Below, one piece after another: positions 1-9,193 of a DNA stretch of 64,000 nucleotides (its first letter is position 1; each line of letters opens with the position of its first letter). Origin of the DNA: an uncultured Actinomycetota bacterium. Its GTDB lineage: Bacteria > Actinomycetota > Actinomycetes > Mycobacteriales > CAVVZQ01. Both the position numbers and the translations under genes were made by a program. The stretch lies in the NCBI GenBank assembly GCA_963752715.1, contig CAVVZQ010000002.1:139542-203541 (forward strand), written 5' to 3'. The notes beneath the pieces are model-generated. The model ran no database searches and was not told the DNA's origin. It worked only from the letters and a program-made list of their open reading frames with translations.

Positions 1-600
1 GGTTCCCAGCAGGACCGGGAACCACATCTTCCAGTCCCGGAACGGCGTTCCCTCCTCGGCCTCGGGCATGGTCAGCAGCGCGATCCGGACCGGGACCTGG
101 CCCTTCATGGTGAGGGCGGCGGGCAGCGGAGCGTTGGCCAGAGCCGCGGCCCGCTCCTCGGGCTTGAGGGGCAGGGGTGCGGTGACGTGATGGGTCAGGT
201 CATCCGGCGCCGTGAGGGTCTCCAGCAGCCACCGTCGGGCCTCGGTCGCATCGGCGGGCCGGTACCCGTGCAGCGCGGCGGTGGTCAGCACGAGGTCGAT
301 GCTGGACACGCTTGCCCCGGCCATGTCCCCGACGATCATCACCAGGCGACCCATGCCGCTGCCCCCGGGCATCAGCATGACCGCGCCCACGGCCGCGCCG
401 AGGGCTCCGTTGAGCTTCGCCTTGCGCTCGGTGAGCACCTTCACCCGCTCGGAGGCGGTCGCGTTCGGGTGCGCCGCCTCCAGGCTCGTCGCGGCCTGCG
501 TCGCGCTGTCGATGCGCGTGGCGAGGTAGGACTCCAACATCTGGTTCGCGTAGGCGCCTGCCTGCGTGCCGAGGGTGCGCAGTGAGTCGAGTGCGGACAT
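1..600 (-). CDS. hypothetical protein (first 200 codons; 3' end beyond window edge)
   Basis: My reverse-complement translation from ATG 598-600 (MSALDSLRTLGTQAGAYANQMLESYLATRIDS...GAVMLMPGGSGMGRLVMIVGDMAGASV...FRDWKMWFPVLLG) stays open to base 1. Absent from the ORF track because there is no in-window stop. The + strand ORFs 187..585 and 212..529 look like Arg/Ala-rich shadow frames. Confidence 0.45.
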   Translation of the reverse strand, partial: MSALDSLRTLGTQAGAYANQMLESYLATRIDSATQAATSLEAAHPNATASERVKVLTERKAKLNGALGAAVGAVMLMPGGSGMGRLVMIVGDMAGASVSSIDLVLTTAALHGYRPADATEARRWLLETLTAPDDLTHHVTAPLPLKPEERAAALANAPLPAALTMKGQVPVRIALLTMPEAEEGTPFRDWKMWFPVLLGT

Positions 601-660
601 GGGCTTCACCCTAGTGGGTTCCCGGCCCAATCGACGTCCGGCGCCTGAGACATCACGACC

Positions 661-1905
661 ATGGCCGACACTGGGTTCGTGGGGACGCAGCTGTTGCTCA
701 ACGGTCGGGTCTACGCGGAGGCTGCTCCGCGGGCGGGGGCCCTGCTGGTGGCGGGGGACACCATCGCGTGGGTCGGTGCGACCGACACCGCCCGGACCCT
801 GGATGCGGACACCGTGGTGGACCTGCAGGGTGCGCTGGTGACGCCCGCGTTCGTGGACGCCTACGTGGACGTAGACGGGATAGCGATCCGGGACGGGTAC
901 GACAGGGCCACTGTTCTCGCGCAGGCCGCGTCGCTGGGCGTGGCCTGCCTGCAGGACGTGAGTACGGGAGGCGACGGGGTCTTCCCGGCCACCGCACCGA
1001 CCGCACCGCCCGCACCGACCCCCGCACCGACCGGGTCCGCTCAGGTGCCGACGGCCTCGCCGATCGTCATCGTGATCCCTCGGCCCGGCTCCGCAACGAG
1101 GCGGCCTGACTACGCGGCCACGGTACGAGCGGGAGGTCAGCCGTTCCTCGCCGTCGATGGGCCTGCCGACGTCGTGGCTGCCGCCTACAGCCTGGAAGCG
1201 ACCGCCCGCAGTGTCGGCGCGGACCGTCTGATCGCGGCCACCCCCCGGATCGAGGGGCTGGTACGGGCGCCGGGGGCAGCTGCGCTGACATACGAGCGTC
1301 TCGCGGGCTGCGGCGCTGTCGTCGTGACTCCCGGAGGGTCCATCCGTCGGCGCGGAGCCACCTCTCGCACGCGGGCCGAGGGCACCGACCTGGCGGGCCT
1401 GGCGAGTGCTGGGGTCCCACTGGCGCTGGGGTCCTGGCAGGGCACGACGACGGAGGATCCGCCCGAGACGGGCGGGGCGGCCAGCGGGTACCACCGTTCC
1501 CCGTGGTCCACGGTGTGGGCGGCGGCCAACCGGCGCACAGCCAGGAGTGACAGTTCCAGTGACGGCCCCAACGAGGGTGACCGTGAGGGTGACGGCGAGG
1601 TTGACGGTGCGGGTGACGGCGTGAGCGTTCGCGCTGCCTTCCGTGCCCACACGGTCGGGGGATGGCGCGCGGCGCGCCGCACCGGCGTCGGCAGACTCGA
1701 GCCGGGCGCGCCTGCGACGTACGCCGTCTGGCAGGCCGGCGCCGTGGTCGTGGCAGCCCCCGACGGTCGTATCCAGCGGTGGAGCACCGACCCCAGGTCC
1801 GCTGTTCCCGGCCTGCCGGACCTGAGCCTGCAGGAGGGGCCGCCCCGCTGCCTGCGGACTGTCGTCGGGGGAATGGTGATCTATGACGACTTCGGTGGTC
1901 TGTGA
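661..1905 (+). CDS. amidohydrolase-fold protein, apparently degenerate (HxH metal motif absent)
   Basis: N-terminus LLLNGRVY..LLVAGDTIAWVG..DLQGALVTPAFVDAYVDVDG follows the amidohydrolase entry pattern but has AYVD where HxH is expected. C-terminal GRLEPGAPATYAVW...VVGGMVIYD closing strands are present. Pro/Thr-rich and (EGDx)4 inserts. Confidence 0.6.
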   Translation: MADTGFVGTQLLLNGRVYAEAAPRAGALLVAGDTIAWVGATDTARTLDADTVVDLQGALVTPAFVDAYVDVDGIAIRDGYDRATVLAQAASLGVACLQDVSTGGDGVFPATAPTAPPAPTPAPTGSAQVPTASPIVIVIPRPGSATRRPDYAATVRAGGQPFLAVDGPADVVAAAYSLEATARSVGADRLIAATPRIEGLVRAPGAAALTYERLAGCGAVVVTPGGSIRRRGATSRTRAEGTDLAGLASAGVPLALGSWQGTTTEDPPETGGAASGYHRSPWSTVWAAANRRTARSDSSSDGPNEGDREGDGEVDGAGDGVSVRAAFRAHTVGGWRAARRTGVGRLEPGAPATYAVWQAGAVVVAAPDGRIQRWSTDPRSAVPGLPDLSLQEGPPRCLRTVVGGMVIYDDFGGL

Positions 1906-2211
1906 CGGCACCGGTGGTCTGTGACGGCACCGGGGACGAGGCGCGCGGGACCCCGGCCCACTATCACGGGGCCTCCGTGCTGGGGCTCCCCGGGGGGCCT
2001 CGAGGCCGCTCCGGGGACGTCGCTATGTTGCCTCGCAGCCGACCGACTCCCACTCCGGTCGGTGTGACGGTTGAGCGACTGACCATTAGATAACGTGCGG
2101 TACGGGCCTGTGCAGGCTCGGCCCGTACGGACCGAAGGGACAGTTGTCGCATCCGTCAGGCACTCTGGTTCCGTGACGCCTGCGGACCCCATCAGGGTGG
2201 AGGCGTCGGGT

Positions 2212-3921
2212 GTGACGACCAGCCAGCCGTCACACCCGGCGCCTCCCGCCCCCGCCACGGCCACCGACAGGGCCACCGACAGGGCCCCCGACAGGGCCCC
2301 CGACAGGGCCCCCGACACAGCCGCTGCCGAGGCGGCACGGGGCACGGGGCACTCCGCAGCCACCGCGTCAGCGGCCACCCACTCGGCGGCCCCGCTGCAC
2401 TGGGACGTCGAGACCCTCGTACGGTTCTGCGCCGCCGCCGCGGCAGGCGTGCTGCTGTGGCTGGCCTTCGCGCCCGCGGACGTGTGGTGGGCGGGGGTGC
2501 TGGGGGTGGCCACCCTCGTGCTGGTCGTCCGGGGGCGCACCGTCGTCGGGGCAGCACTGCTGGGGTACGCCGCAGGGGTGGTGTTCTACCTTCCCCTGCT
2601 GAGCTGGGTCGGTGAAGCGGTGGGCCGCCTGCCGTGGTGGGTTCTCGGCGCCGCCTGCGGGCTGTGGCTGGCCATTCTGGGGTCGCTGCTCGCGCTGGTG
2701 CAGCGACTGCGGTGGTGGCCGGTTGCCGTGCCCGCGGTATGGGTGGGCCTGGAGGCGATCGCGGCCCGGTGGCCCTTCGGGGGCTTCCCGTGGGGCCGGC
2801 TGGGCTTCGGACAGACCGACGGACCACTGCTGGACCTCGCGTCGCTGGGCGGGTCGCCTCTGGTCTCCTTCGCGACCGCCCTGGCGGGATCGCTGTTGGC
2901 CGCGGCCGTGACGCTGCCACGGACCAGAGGGCGGGCCGCCGCGCTGGCCGCGGGGGTGGCGGTGCTCGCGCTGGGAGGGCTGGTTCCGGGGTGGCTCGGC
3001 GCGACCGACCTCGGCCAGCCAGGCGGCACGGCCACGGTGGCGATCGTGCAGGGCAACGTCCCGCAGCTGGGTCTAGAGTTCAACGACCGTGCCTACGCCG
3101 TGCTCGAGAACCACGTCGAGGCCACCGAGCAGCTCGCGGAGCAGGTCCGGGCCGGCGAGGCCCCTCAGCCGGACTTCGTGCTCTGGCCCGAGAACTCCGT
3201 CGACGTGGACCCGTTCACTCGCGAGCGGTCCCGTCTGCTGCTCGACCGCGCCGCCGCGGCGATCGGAGTGCCACTGGTGGTCGGCGCGATCCTGGACGGC
3301 CCGGGGGAGGACGAGCGGCGCAACGCCTCGATCGTGTGGGATCCGGTGGGGGGCGCCGGGGAGGTCTATATCAAGCGCAAGCCCGCCCCGTTCTCCGAGT
3401 ACATTCCGCTGCGTCCGCTGGCCGAGCGGATCTCCGACAAGACGGACCTGGTACGGCGGGACATGGTGGCGGGCGACGAGCCCGGCGTGCTCACGGCCGG
3501 ACCCGCGGTCCTCGGGGTGACGATCTGCTACGAGCTGGCCTTCGACGAGCTGGTCAGAGACGTGGTGCAGGGCGGCGCGCAGGTGCTCGCGCTGCAGAAC
3601 AACAGCGCGACCTTCGGGTTCACCGCGGAGAGCGCACAGCAGCTCGCCCAGGCGCAGCTGCGTGCCGTCGAGCACGGACGGACCGCACTGGCGTCGACCA
3701 CGAGCGGAATCAGCGCGGTCGTCGCTCCGGACGGAACCGTCGAGCAGCGTACGGAGATCTTCACCGCCGAGACGCTGATCGCCGAGGTGCCGCTGCTGGA
3801 GTCCCGGACGGTGGCGACCCGGGTGGGGTCGTGGCCGGAGGCAGCTCTCGCCGTACTGGGTGTGGTGGCGCTGCTGCTCGTCGTGCTCCGGAGCAGATCC
3901 GGACGGGGGACGCAGAGATGA
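2212..3921 (+). CDS. lnt: apolipoprotein N-acyltransferase
   Basis: Multi-TM N-terminal half followed by CN-hydrolase motifs (VAIVQGNVPQ, LWPENS, YIKRKPAPFSEYIP, TICYELAF). ORF is open from 2095. GTG 2212 is preferred because GGAGG lies at 2199-2203; start uncertain. Confidence 0.85.
   Translation: MTTSQPSHPAPPAPATATDRATDRAPDRAPDRAPDTAAAEAARGTGHSAATASAATHSAAPLHWDVETLVRFCAAAAAGVLLWLAFAPADVWWAGVLGVATLVLVVRGRTVVGAALLGYAAGVVFYLPLLSWVGEAVGRLPWWVLGAACGLWLAILGSLLALVQRLRWWPVAVPAVWVGLEAIAARWPFGGFPWGRLGFGQTDGPLLDLASLGGSPLVSFATALAGSLLAAAVTLPRTRGRAAALAAGVAVLALGGLVPGWLGATDLGQPGGTATVAIVQGNVPQLGLEFNDRAYAVLENHVEATEQLAEQVRAGEAPQPDFVLWPENSVDVDPFTRERSRLLLDRAAAAIGVPLVVGAILDGPGEDERRNASIVWDPVGGAGEVYIKRKPAPFSEYIPLRPLAERISDKTDLVRRDMVAGDEPGVLTAGPAVLGVTICYELAFDELVRDVVQGGAQVLALQNNSATFGFTAESAQQLAQAQLRAVEHGRTALASTTSGISAVVAPDGTVEQRTEIFTAETLIAEVPLLESRTVATRVGSWPEAALAVLGVVALLLVVLRSRSGRGTQR
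2260..2319. repeat. 12-bp tandem repeat x5 (gccaccgacagg / gcccccgacagg)
   Basis: Read directly. In the lnt frame it encodes ATDR-ATDR-APDR-APDR-APDT, upstream of the first TM segment. Confidence 0.9.
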
Positions 3922-4736
3922 GAGCGGAGGCGGCTTCCCACGCCGGTTCGGTGCCTGAGACGATGCCGCGCGTGCACCCACTCGGCCGCATCCTCGTCGT
4001 GACTCCGACGTACAACGAGGCACACACGGTCGCCGCGCACGTCACCGACGTCCGACGGTGCGCACCGGAGGTGGACGTGCTCGTCGTGGACGACAGCAGC
4101 CCGGACGGCACGGGGACGATCGCCGACCGCCTGGCAGCGGCGGACCCGCAGGTCCACGTACTGCACCGGCCGGTACGCGAGGGGCTGGGACCGGCGTACG
4201 TGGCCGGTTTCACGTGGGCCCTCGACCGCGGCTACGACACGGTCGTGGAGATGGACGCCGACGGCAGCCACCTCGCCTCCGACCTTCCGCGCCTGCTCTC
4301 GGCGGCCCGGGGGTACGGGCTGGTCATCGGGTCGCGATGGGTCGCCGGGGGAGAGGTGCGACGCTGGTCGCTGGCGCGGATCACGCTCTCCCGGCTGGGA
4401 AACGCCTATACCCGGGCACTGCTGGGGCTGCCCGTCCATGACTCCACCGCGGGCTTTCGCGTCTACCGGGCCGAGCTGCTGACAGCGATCGACTACGCCA
4501 ACCTGTCCTCGCACGGCTACAGCTTCCAGGTCGAAGGGGCCTGGCGCGCGTGGCGCCATGGGGCAGGCATCGTCGAGGTGCCCACCACCTTCGAGGAACG
4601 GCACGAGGGTACGAGCAAGATGACCTACAGCATCGTCCTGGAGGCGGCACGCCGAGTCACACAGTGGGGTGTGCGTCAGCGTGCTGCCGCGATGGCGGAT
4701 CGCCTGTCCCAGCCCCGGCGATCCAGAGAGGCGTAG
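3918..4736 (+). CDS. ppm1: polyprenol-monophosphomannose synthase (GT2)
   Basis: ILVVTPTYNE, VLVVDDSSPDGT, VEMDADGSH, GFRVYR motifs. ATG 3918 overlaps the lnt stop (ATGA). Alternative start at MPRVHPLG near 3963. Confidence 0.85.
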   Translation: MRAEAASHAGSVPETMPRVHPLGRILVVTPTYNEAHTVAAHVTDVRRCAPEVDVLVVDDSSPDGTGTIADRLAAADPQVHVLHRPVREGLGPAYVAGFTWALDRGYDTVVEMDADGSHLASDLPRLLSAARGYGLVIGSRWVAGGEVRRWSLARITLSRLGNAYTRALLGLPVHDSTAGFRVYRAELLTAIDYANLSSHGYSFQVEGAWRAWRHGAGIVEVPTTFEERHEGTSKMTYSIVLEAARRVTQWGVRQRAAAMADRLSQPRRSREA

Positions 4737-4741
4737 TCGAC

Positions 4742-5386
4742 GTGTGCCTGCTGCTGCTTCTGGTAGCGATCGTGCTGCCCATCGCCGAGTACGTCGTCGC
4801 CTCCGCTGTCGCCGACCAGGTCGGCTGGGGGGTCACCCTGGCGGCACTGCTGGGACTGATGCTGATCGGTTCGCTCGTGATTCGGGGACCCCAGCGGTGG
4901 GCCTGGCGCGAGGCGGGCCGGGCGGCTCAGGGCGGCCCGCCGGTCGCCGAGCTCACCGCCCGGGCGCTGGTTCTGGGCCTGTCCGGTGGTCTGCTGATCT
5001 TCCCAGGGTTCCTGACCGCCGCGGTCGGTCTGATCCTGCTGCTGCCGCCGGTCAACCGCGGGATCGCCCGCTACCTGGCGCGCCGGTTCCGTGAGCAGGT
5101 CGCGGCCGCGGGTGCGACCCCGCCGGGGGCAGCCGGGTACTGGAGGATGACGACCGTCCGCAGGGTCCGGACCGAAGGCCCCACCGTGGTCGAGGGCAGC
5201 GTCGTGCGTGCCGATGAGCCGGAGGAGTCGACGACATCGGGCGAGCGCCGGGGGAGTCCGCCGGCGGGCGAGATCACCGCCGGTGGCGAGATCATCGATG
5301 CCGAGGTCGTAGAGGAGGGGCCTGAGCAGCCCGGGCAGCCCGGGCAGCCTGGACCAGAGAAGGGCGACCGACCCCCGGCCGACTAG
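4742..5386 (+). CDS. fxsA: FxsA family membrane protein
   Basis: GTG 4742. Three to four TM segments and the FxsA-like stretch FPGFLTAAVGLILLLPPVNRGIARYLARRF, with an acidic/Pro-rich tail. Confidence 0.7.
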   Translation: MCLLLLLVAIVLPIAEYVVASAVADQVGWGVTLAALLGLMLIGSLVIRGPQRWAWREAGRAAQGGPPVAELTARALVLGLSGGLLIFPGFLTAAVGLILLLPPVNRGIARYLARRFREQVAAAGATPPGAAGYWRMTTVRRVRTEGPTVVEGSVVRADEPEESTTSGERRGSPPAGEITAGGEIIDAEVVEEGPEQPGQPGQPGPEKGDRPPAD

Positions 5387-5434
5387 GCCGAATTGGGGGA
5401 CTAGGCCGACTCGGCCGACTAGGCCGACTCGGCC
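5381..5434. repeat. 18-19 bp tandem repeat x3 (gactaggccgactcggcc)
   Basis: Copies at 5381-5399 (variant), 5399-5416 and 5417-5434. They contain the TAG stop of fxsA (5384-5386) and, on the other strand, the TAG stop of rbpA (5419-5421). Confidence 0.85.
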
Positions 5435-5790
5435 CGGCCTCCCCGAATCTCCGTCAGGCGCTCGGAAAGGACCTCCTCGAGCTCGTCGAGCGAGCGGCGC
5501 TCGAGAAGCATGTCCCAGTGCGTGCGCACGGGCCGCACCTTCTTCTTGTCGGGCTCGCCGCCCGCTACGGCCCGAGCGATGGCGCCCTTGGCGCCGGCCT
5601 TGCCGCAGCACTGGGCAGGCGGGCACTCCCACGCCGCGGGAGGCTCGGCACCCTCGGCGAACGGCACGGAGAACCGGTGCCCGTACGGGCACTCGTACTC
5701 GACGAACTGCTTGCGGGCAAGGTCGGTGTCCCGGTCGGTCTCGTAGCTGGTCGATCCCAGCCTGGTCCCGCGCAGTGTCCGCTCACCCAT
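5419..5790 (-). CDS. rbpA: RNA polymerase-binding protein RbpA
   Basis: MGERTLRGTRLGSTSYETDRDTDLARKQFVEYECPYGHRF..THWDMLLERRSLDELEEVLSERL closely parallels Streptomyces/Mycobacterium RbpA (from memory). ATG at 5788-5790. Confidence 0.85.
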   Translation of the reverse strand: MGERTLRGTRLGSTSYETDRDTDLARKQFVEYECPYGHRFSVPFAEGAEPPAAWECPPAQCCGKAGAKGAIARAVAGGEPDKKKVRPVRTHWDMLLERRSLDELEEVLSERLTEIRGGRAESA

Positions 5791-5918
5791 GAAACCCGGT
5801 CTCCTTGCATCCGCACCGAGGCGCACTTCGCCCCTACGAAAGACCCAACGTCGTCTGCGCCAGGATGATTCCCGACACGGCCCACCGACGACGCGTCTGC
5901 GCAGGGTCGTGATCCAGG

Positions 5919-6311
5919 ATGGGATGTATGCCGGAGAGTGCACGAGTCGTCACAGCATTCGTTGGAGTGGGACGCGCCGTCATGGGCGCCAGTCTGATCG
6001 CCCGCCCTCGGAACCTGGCCACGACGCTGGGCGTCGACACCGCCTCGGCCGCCCGCACGGACTTCGAGGCGCGACTGCTCGGCGTCCGGGACGTGGCCCT
6101 GGGGCTGGGGGCGGCGTTCGCCGCGGGGACCGGCGCTCCGGTCCGTACCTGGCTGCTCGCCCAGGCGCTCTCCGACGCGGCGGACTGCGTCGTGTTCCTC
6201 TCCGGTGCGGCGTCGGGACGGTTCGCGCCGCTGGGCGGGTACGGAATCGGGGTGTTCGCGGGCTCGGGTGCCGTCGCAGAGGCCGCCCTGGCGGCGCGGG
6301 TCAGCGCCTGA
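5919..6311 (+). CDS. small membrane protein (DUF4267-like, from memory)
   Basis: 130-aa ORF with Gly/Ala-rich hydrophobic segments and a RLLGVRDVALGLG motif. Confidence 0.45.
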   Translation: MGCMPESARVVTAFVGVGRAVMGASLIARPRNLATTLGVDTASAARTDFEARLLGVRDVALGLGAAFAAGTGAPVRTWLLAQALSDAADCVVFLSGAASGRFAPLGGYGIGVFAGSGAVAEAALAARVSA

Positions 6312-6314
6312 GCC

Positions 6315-8084
6315 TCACAGCCGCTCCCCGTCCACGATGTGCGCGAACGCGCGGTGGCCCTCGCCGGTGCACGGGTCGTGGTCCAGCCGCCGCCGCACCC
6401 ACGCCGAGGCCACCAGCGCCGCGCGGGCGTCCCCGGCGGCTGTGTCGTGCTGAGCCTGCTCGATCAGGGCCGTGGCGGCCAGCAGGTGTGCCATCCGCAG
6501 CGCGAGCTCCCGGGCACCTGCCTGTGCCTGCCCGGCGGGTGCCTGCAGGGCCGCCCGGGCGTCGGCCGCCACCTCGTCGCGGATCGGCCTGGCCTGCGCC
6601 GCCACCGGCCCGAGCCACGGGTCACCGGATTCTTCCGCGGTGTCCAGGGCGGCGTCCACCCTGGCGAGGTACGGCTCGAGCACCGCGTCGCGGTGCAGCG
6701 CCCGCAGCACGTCGAGGGAGAGCACGTTGGTCGTGCCCTCCCAGATCGGCAGCACCTGCGAGTCCCGCAGCAGCCGCGGCATCCCGGTGTCCTCGATGTA
6801 GCCGTTGCCTCCGAACGCCTCCACGTACTCGCTGGCGCTGGCCACGGCGAGCTTGCCGGTGGACAGCTTGGCCAGGGTGGCGGCGAAGCGCAGCAGCCGC
6901 ACCTCGTCGGGGGCGTCGGCGTGCTCACCGGCCACCCGGTGACCGCCCGCGGCCTCGACGCGGCCGAGCAGGTCGAAGCACATCAGGGTGAGGTGGAAGG
7001 CCGCCTCGGCGTCGACCGCGAGCCAGGCGAGGGTCTCCCGGTGCAGCGGCTGCTGCCACAGCGGCGCGCCGAACGCCTCCCGCGAGCCGGCGAAGGCGCG
7101 CGCGTAGGCCAGGCCGCGCCGCATGTTCCCGGCGGCAGCCGCGCTGTTGTGGAGCCGGGTCACCTGCACCAGCCGCATCATGCGGGTGATGCCCGAGGTG
7201 TGGGGGTCGCCCAGCGGCCAGGCGGCCGCCCCGTCCAGCCCCACCTCGGCGCTCGGCAACGCCCGCGTGCCGAGCTTGTCCTTGAGACGGTGCAGGGTCA
7301 GTCCCGGGGCGGTGTCCCGCGGGCCGGTGGCCGACCCGGCGAGCGGTGAGTCCACGGCGTACCGGGGGATGACCCAGCACACCAGACCCTTCGTCCCCGC
7401 GGGGGCACCCTCGGGCCGGGCGAGTGCCACGCTCATGGCGCTGTCCGCGGCCGAGCAGAACCACTTCTCCCCGTACAGGCGCCAGGTCTCGCCCTCGCGC
7501 CGGGCTGAGGTGCTGGCCCGGCCCACGTCGCTGCCGCCCTCGGTCTCCGTCATCCACTGGCCGCTCACGGCCGCGGTCGCGGGGTCGCGGGAGAGCAGCC
7601 GGGGGAGCCATCGGGCGCGCAGGTCGGCGTCCACGTCCGGCTCGGAGAGCAGCAGTGCGGCGCCGTCGCTCATGGCCACCGGACAGCTGAAGGTGGCCGA
7701 CTCCGGCCCGTACAGGTGCAGCAGGGCCAGCTGAACCACGCGGGCGCCGGCGCCCCAGGTCTCCCGGGCCTCCGTCTCGTACGGCAGCGACACCACGCCG
7801 TGCCGGGCGGCCGCCTCCCGCTGCCGCTCCCAGCCCCACGGTGTCTCGATCCGGTCCACCCGGGCACCCCAGGCGTCGTAGGCGACCAGCTCCGGTGGGT
7901 GGGACTCGGCCTGCCGGTGCGCCTCGCGCAGCTGATGCGCCACGTCCTCCGAGAGCGACTCGAGCATCGGGGCGGCGGCCTTGTGGCCGACCTCGCCCAG
8001 ACTGCGGTCCAGTGCGCGGCGCAGCACGAAGTCGGAGGTGTAGACGTCGTCGATGTCGGGGACGTGCTGCACGAAGCGAGGCAT
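6315..8084 (-). CDS. acyl-CoA dehydrogenase family protein (AidB-like)
   Basis: 589 aa from ATG 8082-8084 (MPRFVQHVPDIDDVYTSD). ACAD-like core (GQWMTETEGGSDV, YGEKWFCSA, EAFGGNGYIEDTGMPRLLRD, IWEGTTNV). Confidence 0.8.
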   Translation of the reverse strand: MPRFVQHVPDIDDVYTSDFVLRRALDRSLGEVGHKAAAPMLESLSEDVAHQLREAHRQAESHPPELVAYDAWGARVDRIETPWGWERQREAAARHGVVSLPYETEARETWGAGARVVQLALLHLYGPESATFSCPVAMSDGAALLLSEPDVDADLRARWLPRLLSRDPATAAVSGQWMTETEGGSDVGRASTSARREGETWRLYGEKWFCSAADSAMSVALARPEGAPAGTKGLVCWVIPRYAVDSPLAGSATGPRDTAPGLTLHRLKDKLGTRALPSAEVGLDGAAAWPLGDPHTSGITRMMRLVQVTRLHNSAAAAGNMRRGLAYARAFAGSREAFGAPLWQQPLHRETLAWLAVDAEAAFHLTLMCFDLLGRVEAAGGHRVAGEHADAPDEVRLLRFAATLAKLSTGKLAVASASEYVEAFGGNGYIEDTGMPRLLRDSQVLPIWEGTTNVLSLDVLRALHRDAVLEPYLARVDAALDTAEESGDPWLGPVAAQARPIRDEVAADARAALQAPAGQAQAGARELALRMAHLLAATALIEQAQHDTAAGDARAALVASAWVRRRLDHDPCTGEGHRAFAHIVDGERL

Positions 8085-8191
8085 GCCCGCAGTCTGCCAG
8101 CAACCCCTGACCCTGTCGGGGACCTCCGGTGCGATAGGTTCACGCCGATCAGTCTGGATTCGAACAGCTCGACAGGAAGGGTGGCACAGCC

Positions 8192-9193
8192 ATGAAGGAC
8201 GGCCTGTTCTCACCGGTCAACCCGAGTGAAACCGCTGTCGACCTACAGCCGTTCAAGCACCGCAAGGGCATGATCATCGGGGCGGGCCAGGTCGGCATGG
8301 CGTGCGCCTACTCGATCATGATCCAGCGCCTGTTCAGCGAGCTTGTCCTGGTGGACATGAACAAGGAGAAGCTCGAGGGCGAGGTCATGGACCTCGCTCA
8401 CGGCGAGGTGTTCGCCGGTCCCACCCACGTACGGGCCGGAGAGATCGCCGACGGAGCCGGCTCGCACATCGTGGTCGTCACGGCGGGAGCGGCGCAGCGA
8501 CCCGGGGAGACCCGTCTCGACCTGGTGCAGCGCAACGTCGGCATCTTCAAGTCGCTCATCCCCCAGATCGTGGAGGCCTGCCCGGACGCGATCATCCTCA
8601 TCGTCAGCAACCCGGTCGACGTGCTCACCTACGCGGCGCAGAAGATCTCCGGCCTGCCGCCCTCCCGCGTGATCGGGTCCGGCTGCGTGCTGGACACCGG
8701 CCGGTTCCGCCAGGTGCTGGGCCGGGAGTTCGGCCTGGACCCGCGCAGCGTGCACGCCTACATCCTGGGCGAGCACGGCGACAGCGAGTTCGCGTTCTGG
8801 TCCGGTGCGACGATCGCGGGCACGCCGTTGGTCAACGGCGGCTGGGAGGGTTCGCCCTTCGAGGACGACCCGCGCCTGGAGGAGATCGTCAACGAGGTCC
8901 GCACCGCGGCCTACGAGATCATCCAGCGCAAGGGCTACACCTCCTGGGCGGTCGGGCTGGCGGTCACCGAGATCGTCAGTGCGATCCTGTCCAACCAGAA
9001 CCGGGTGCTGACCGTGAGCACGCTGCTGGACGGCGAGCTGGGCGTCTCCGACGTGTGCCTGTCGCTGCCGGCTGTGGTGAACCGTCAGGGTGCGGAGCGC
9101 TTCATCACCACCCGCCTCTCCGACCTGGAGCAGGAGCGGCTGGAGCACTCGGCGAACACGCTGAAGGAGATCATCTCCGGTATCACGTGGTAG
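8192..9193 (+). CDS. ldh: L-lactate dehydrogenase
   Basis: [11 protein letters not shown] Rossmann motif, [36 protein letters not shown]. Confidence 0.9.
   Translation: MKDGLFSPVNPSETAVDLQPFKHRKGMIIGAGQVGMACAYSIMIQRLFSELVLVDMNKEKLEGEVMDLAHGEVFAGPTHVRAGEIADGAGSHIVVVTAGAAQRPGETRLDLVQRNVGIFKSLIPQIVEACPDAIILIVSNPVDVLTYAAQKISGLPPSRVIGSGCVLDTGRFRQVLGREFGLDPRSVHAYILGEHGDSEFAFWSGATIAGTPLVNGGWEGSPFEDDPRLEEIVNEVRTAAYEIIQRKGYTSWAVGLAVTEIVSAILSNQNRVLTVSTLLDGELGVSDVCLSLPAVVNRQGAERFITTRLSDLEQERLEHSANTLKEIISGITW

Noticed and set aside
2634-3917. Long alternative-frame ORFs (for example 2634..4736 N-terminal part, 5789..6991, 14338..16140, 37182..38825, 40885..42294, 55195..56616) as overlapping genes
   Set aside because: Their Arg/Pro/Gly/Ala-rich low-complexity translations are typical of shadow frames in about 70% GC DNA. 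Each overlaps a gene with clear family motifs.
3918-3921. lnt/ppm1 ATGA overlap as a novel fusion or fission
   Set aside because: Adjacent or fused Lnt-Ppm1 is an established actinobacterial arrangement (fused in M. tuberculosis Rv2051c).
8156-8166. tRNA-like T-loop string ggattcgaaca in the aidB-ldh intergenic region
   Set aside because: The flanks do not form a T-stem or acceptor stem, so it is not a tRNA.
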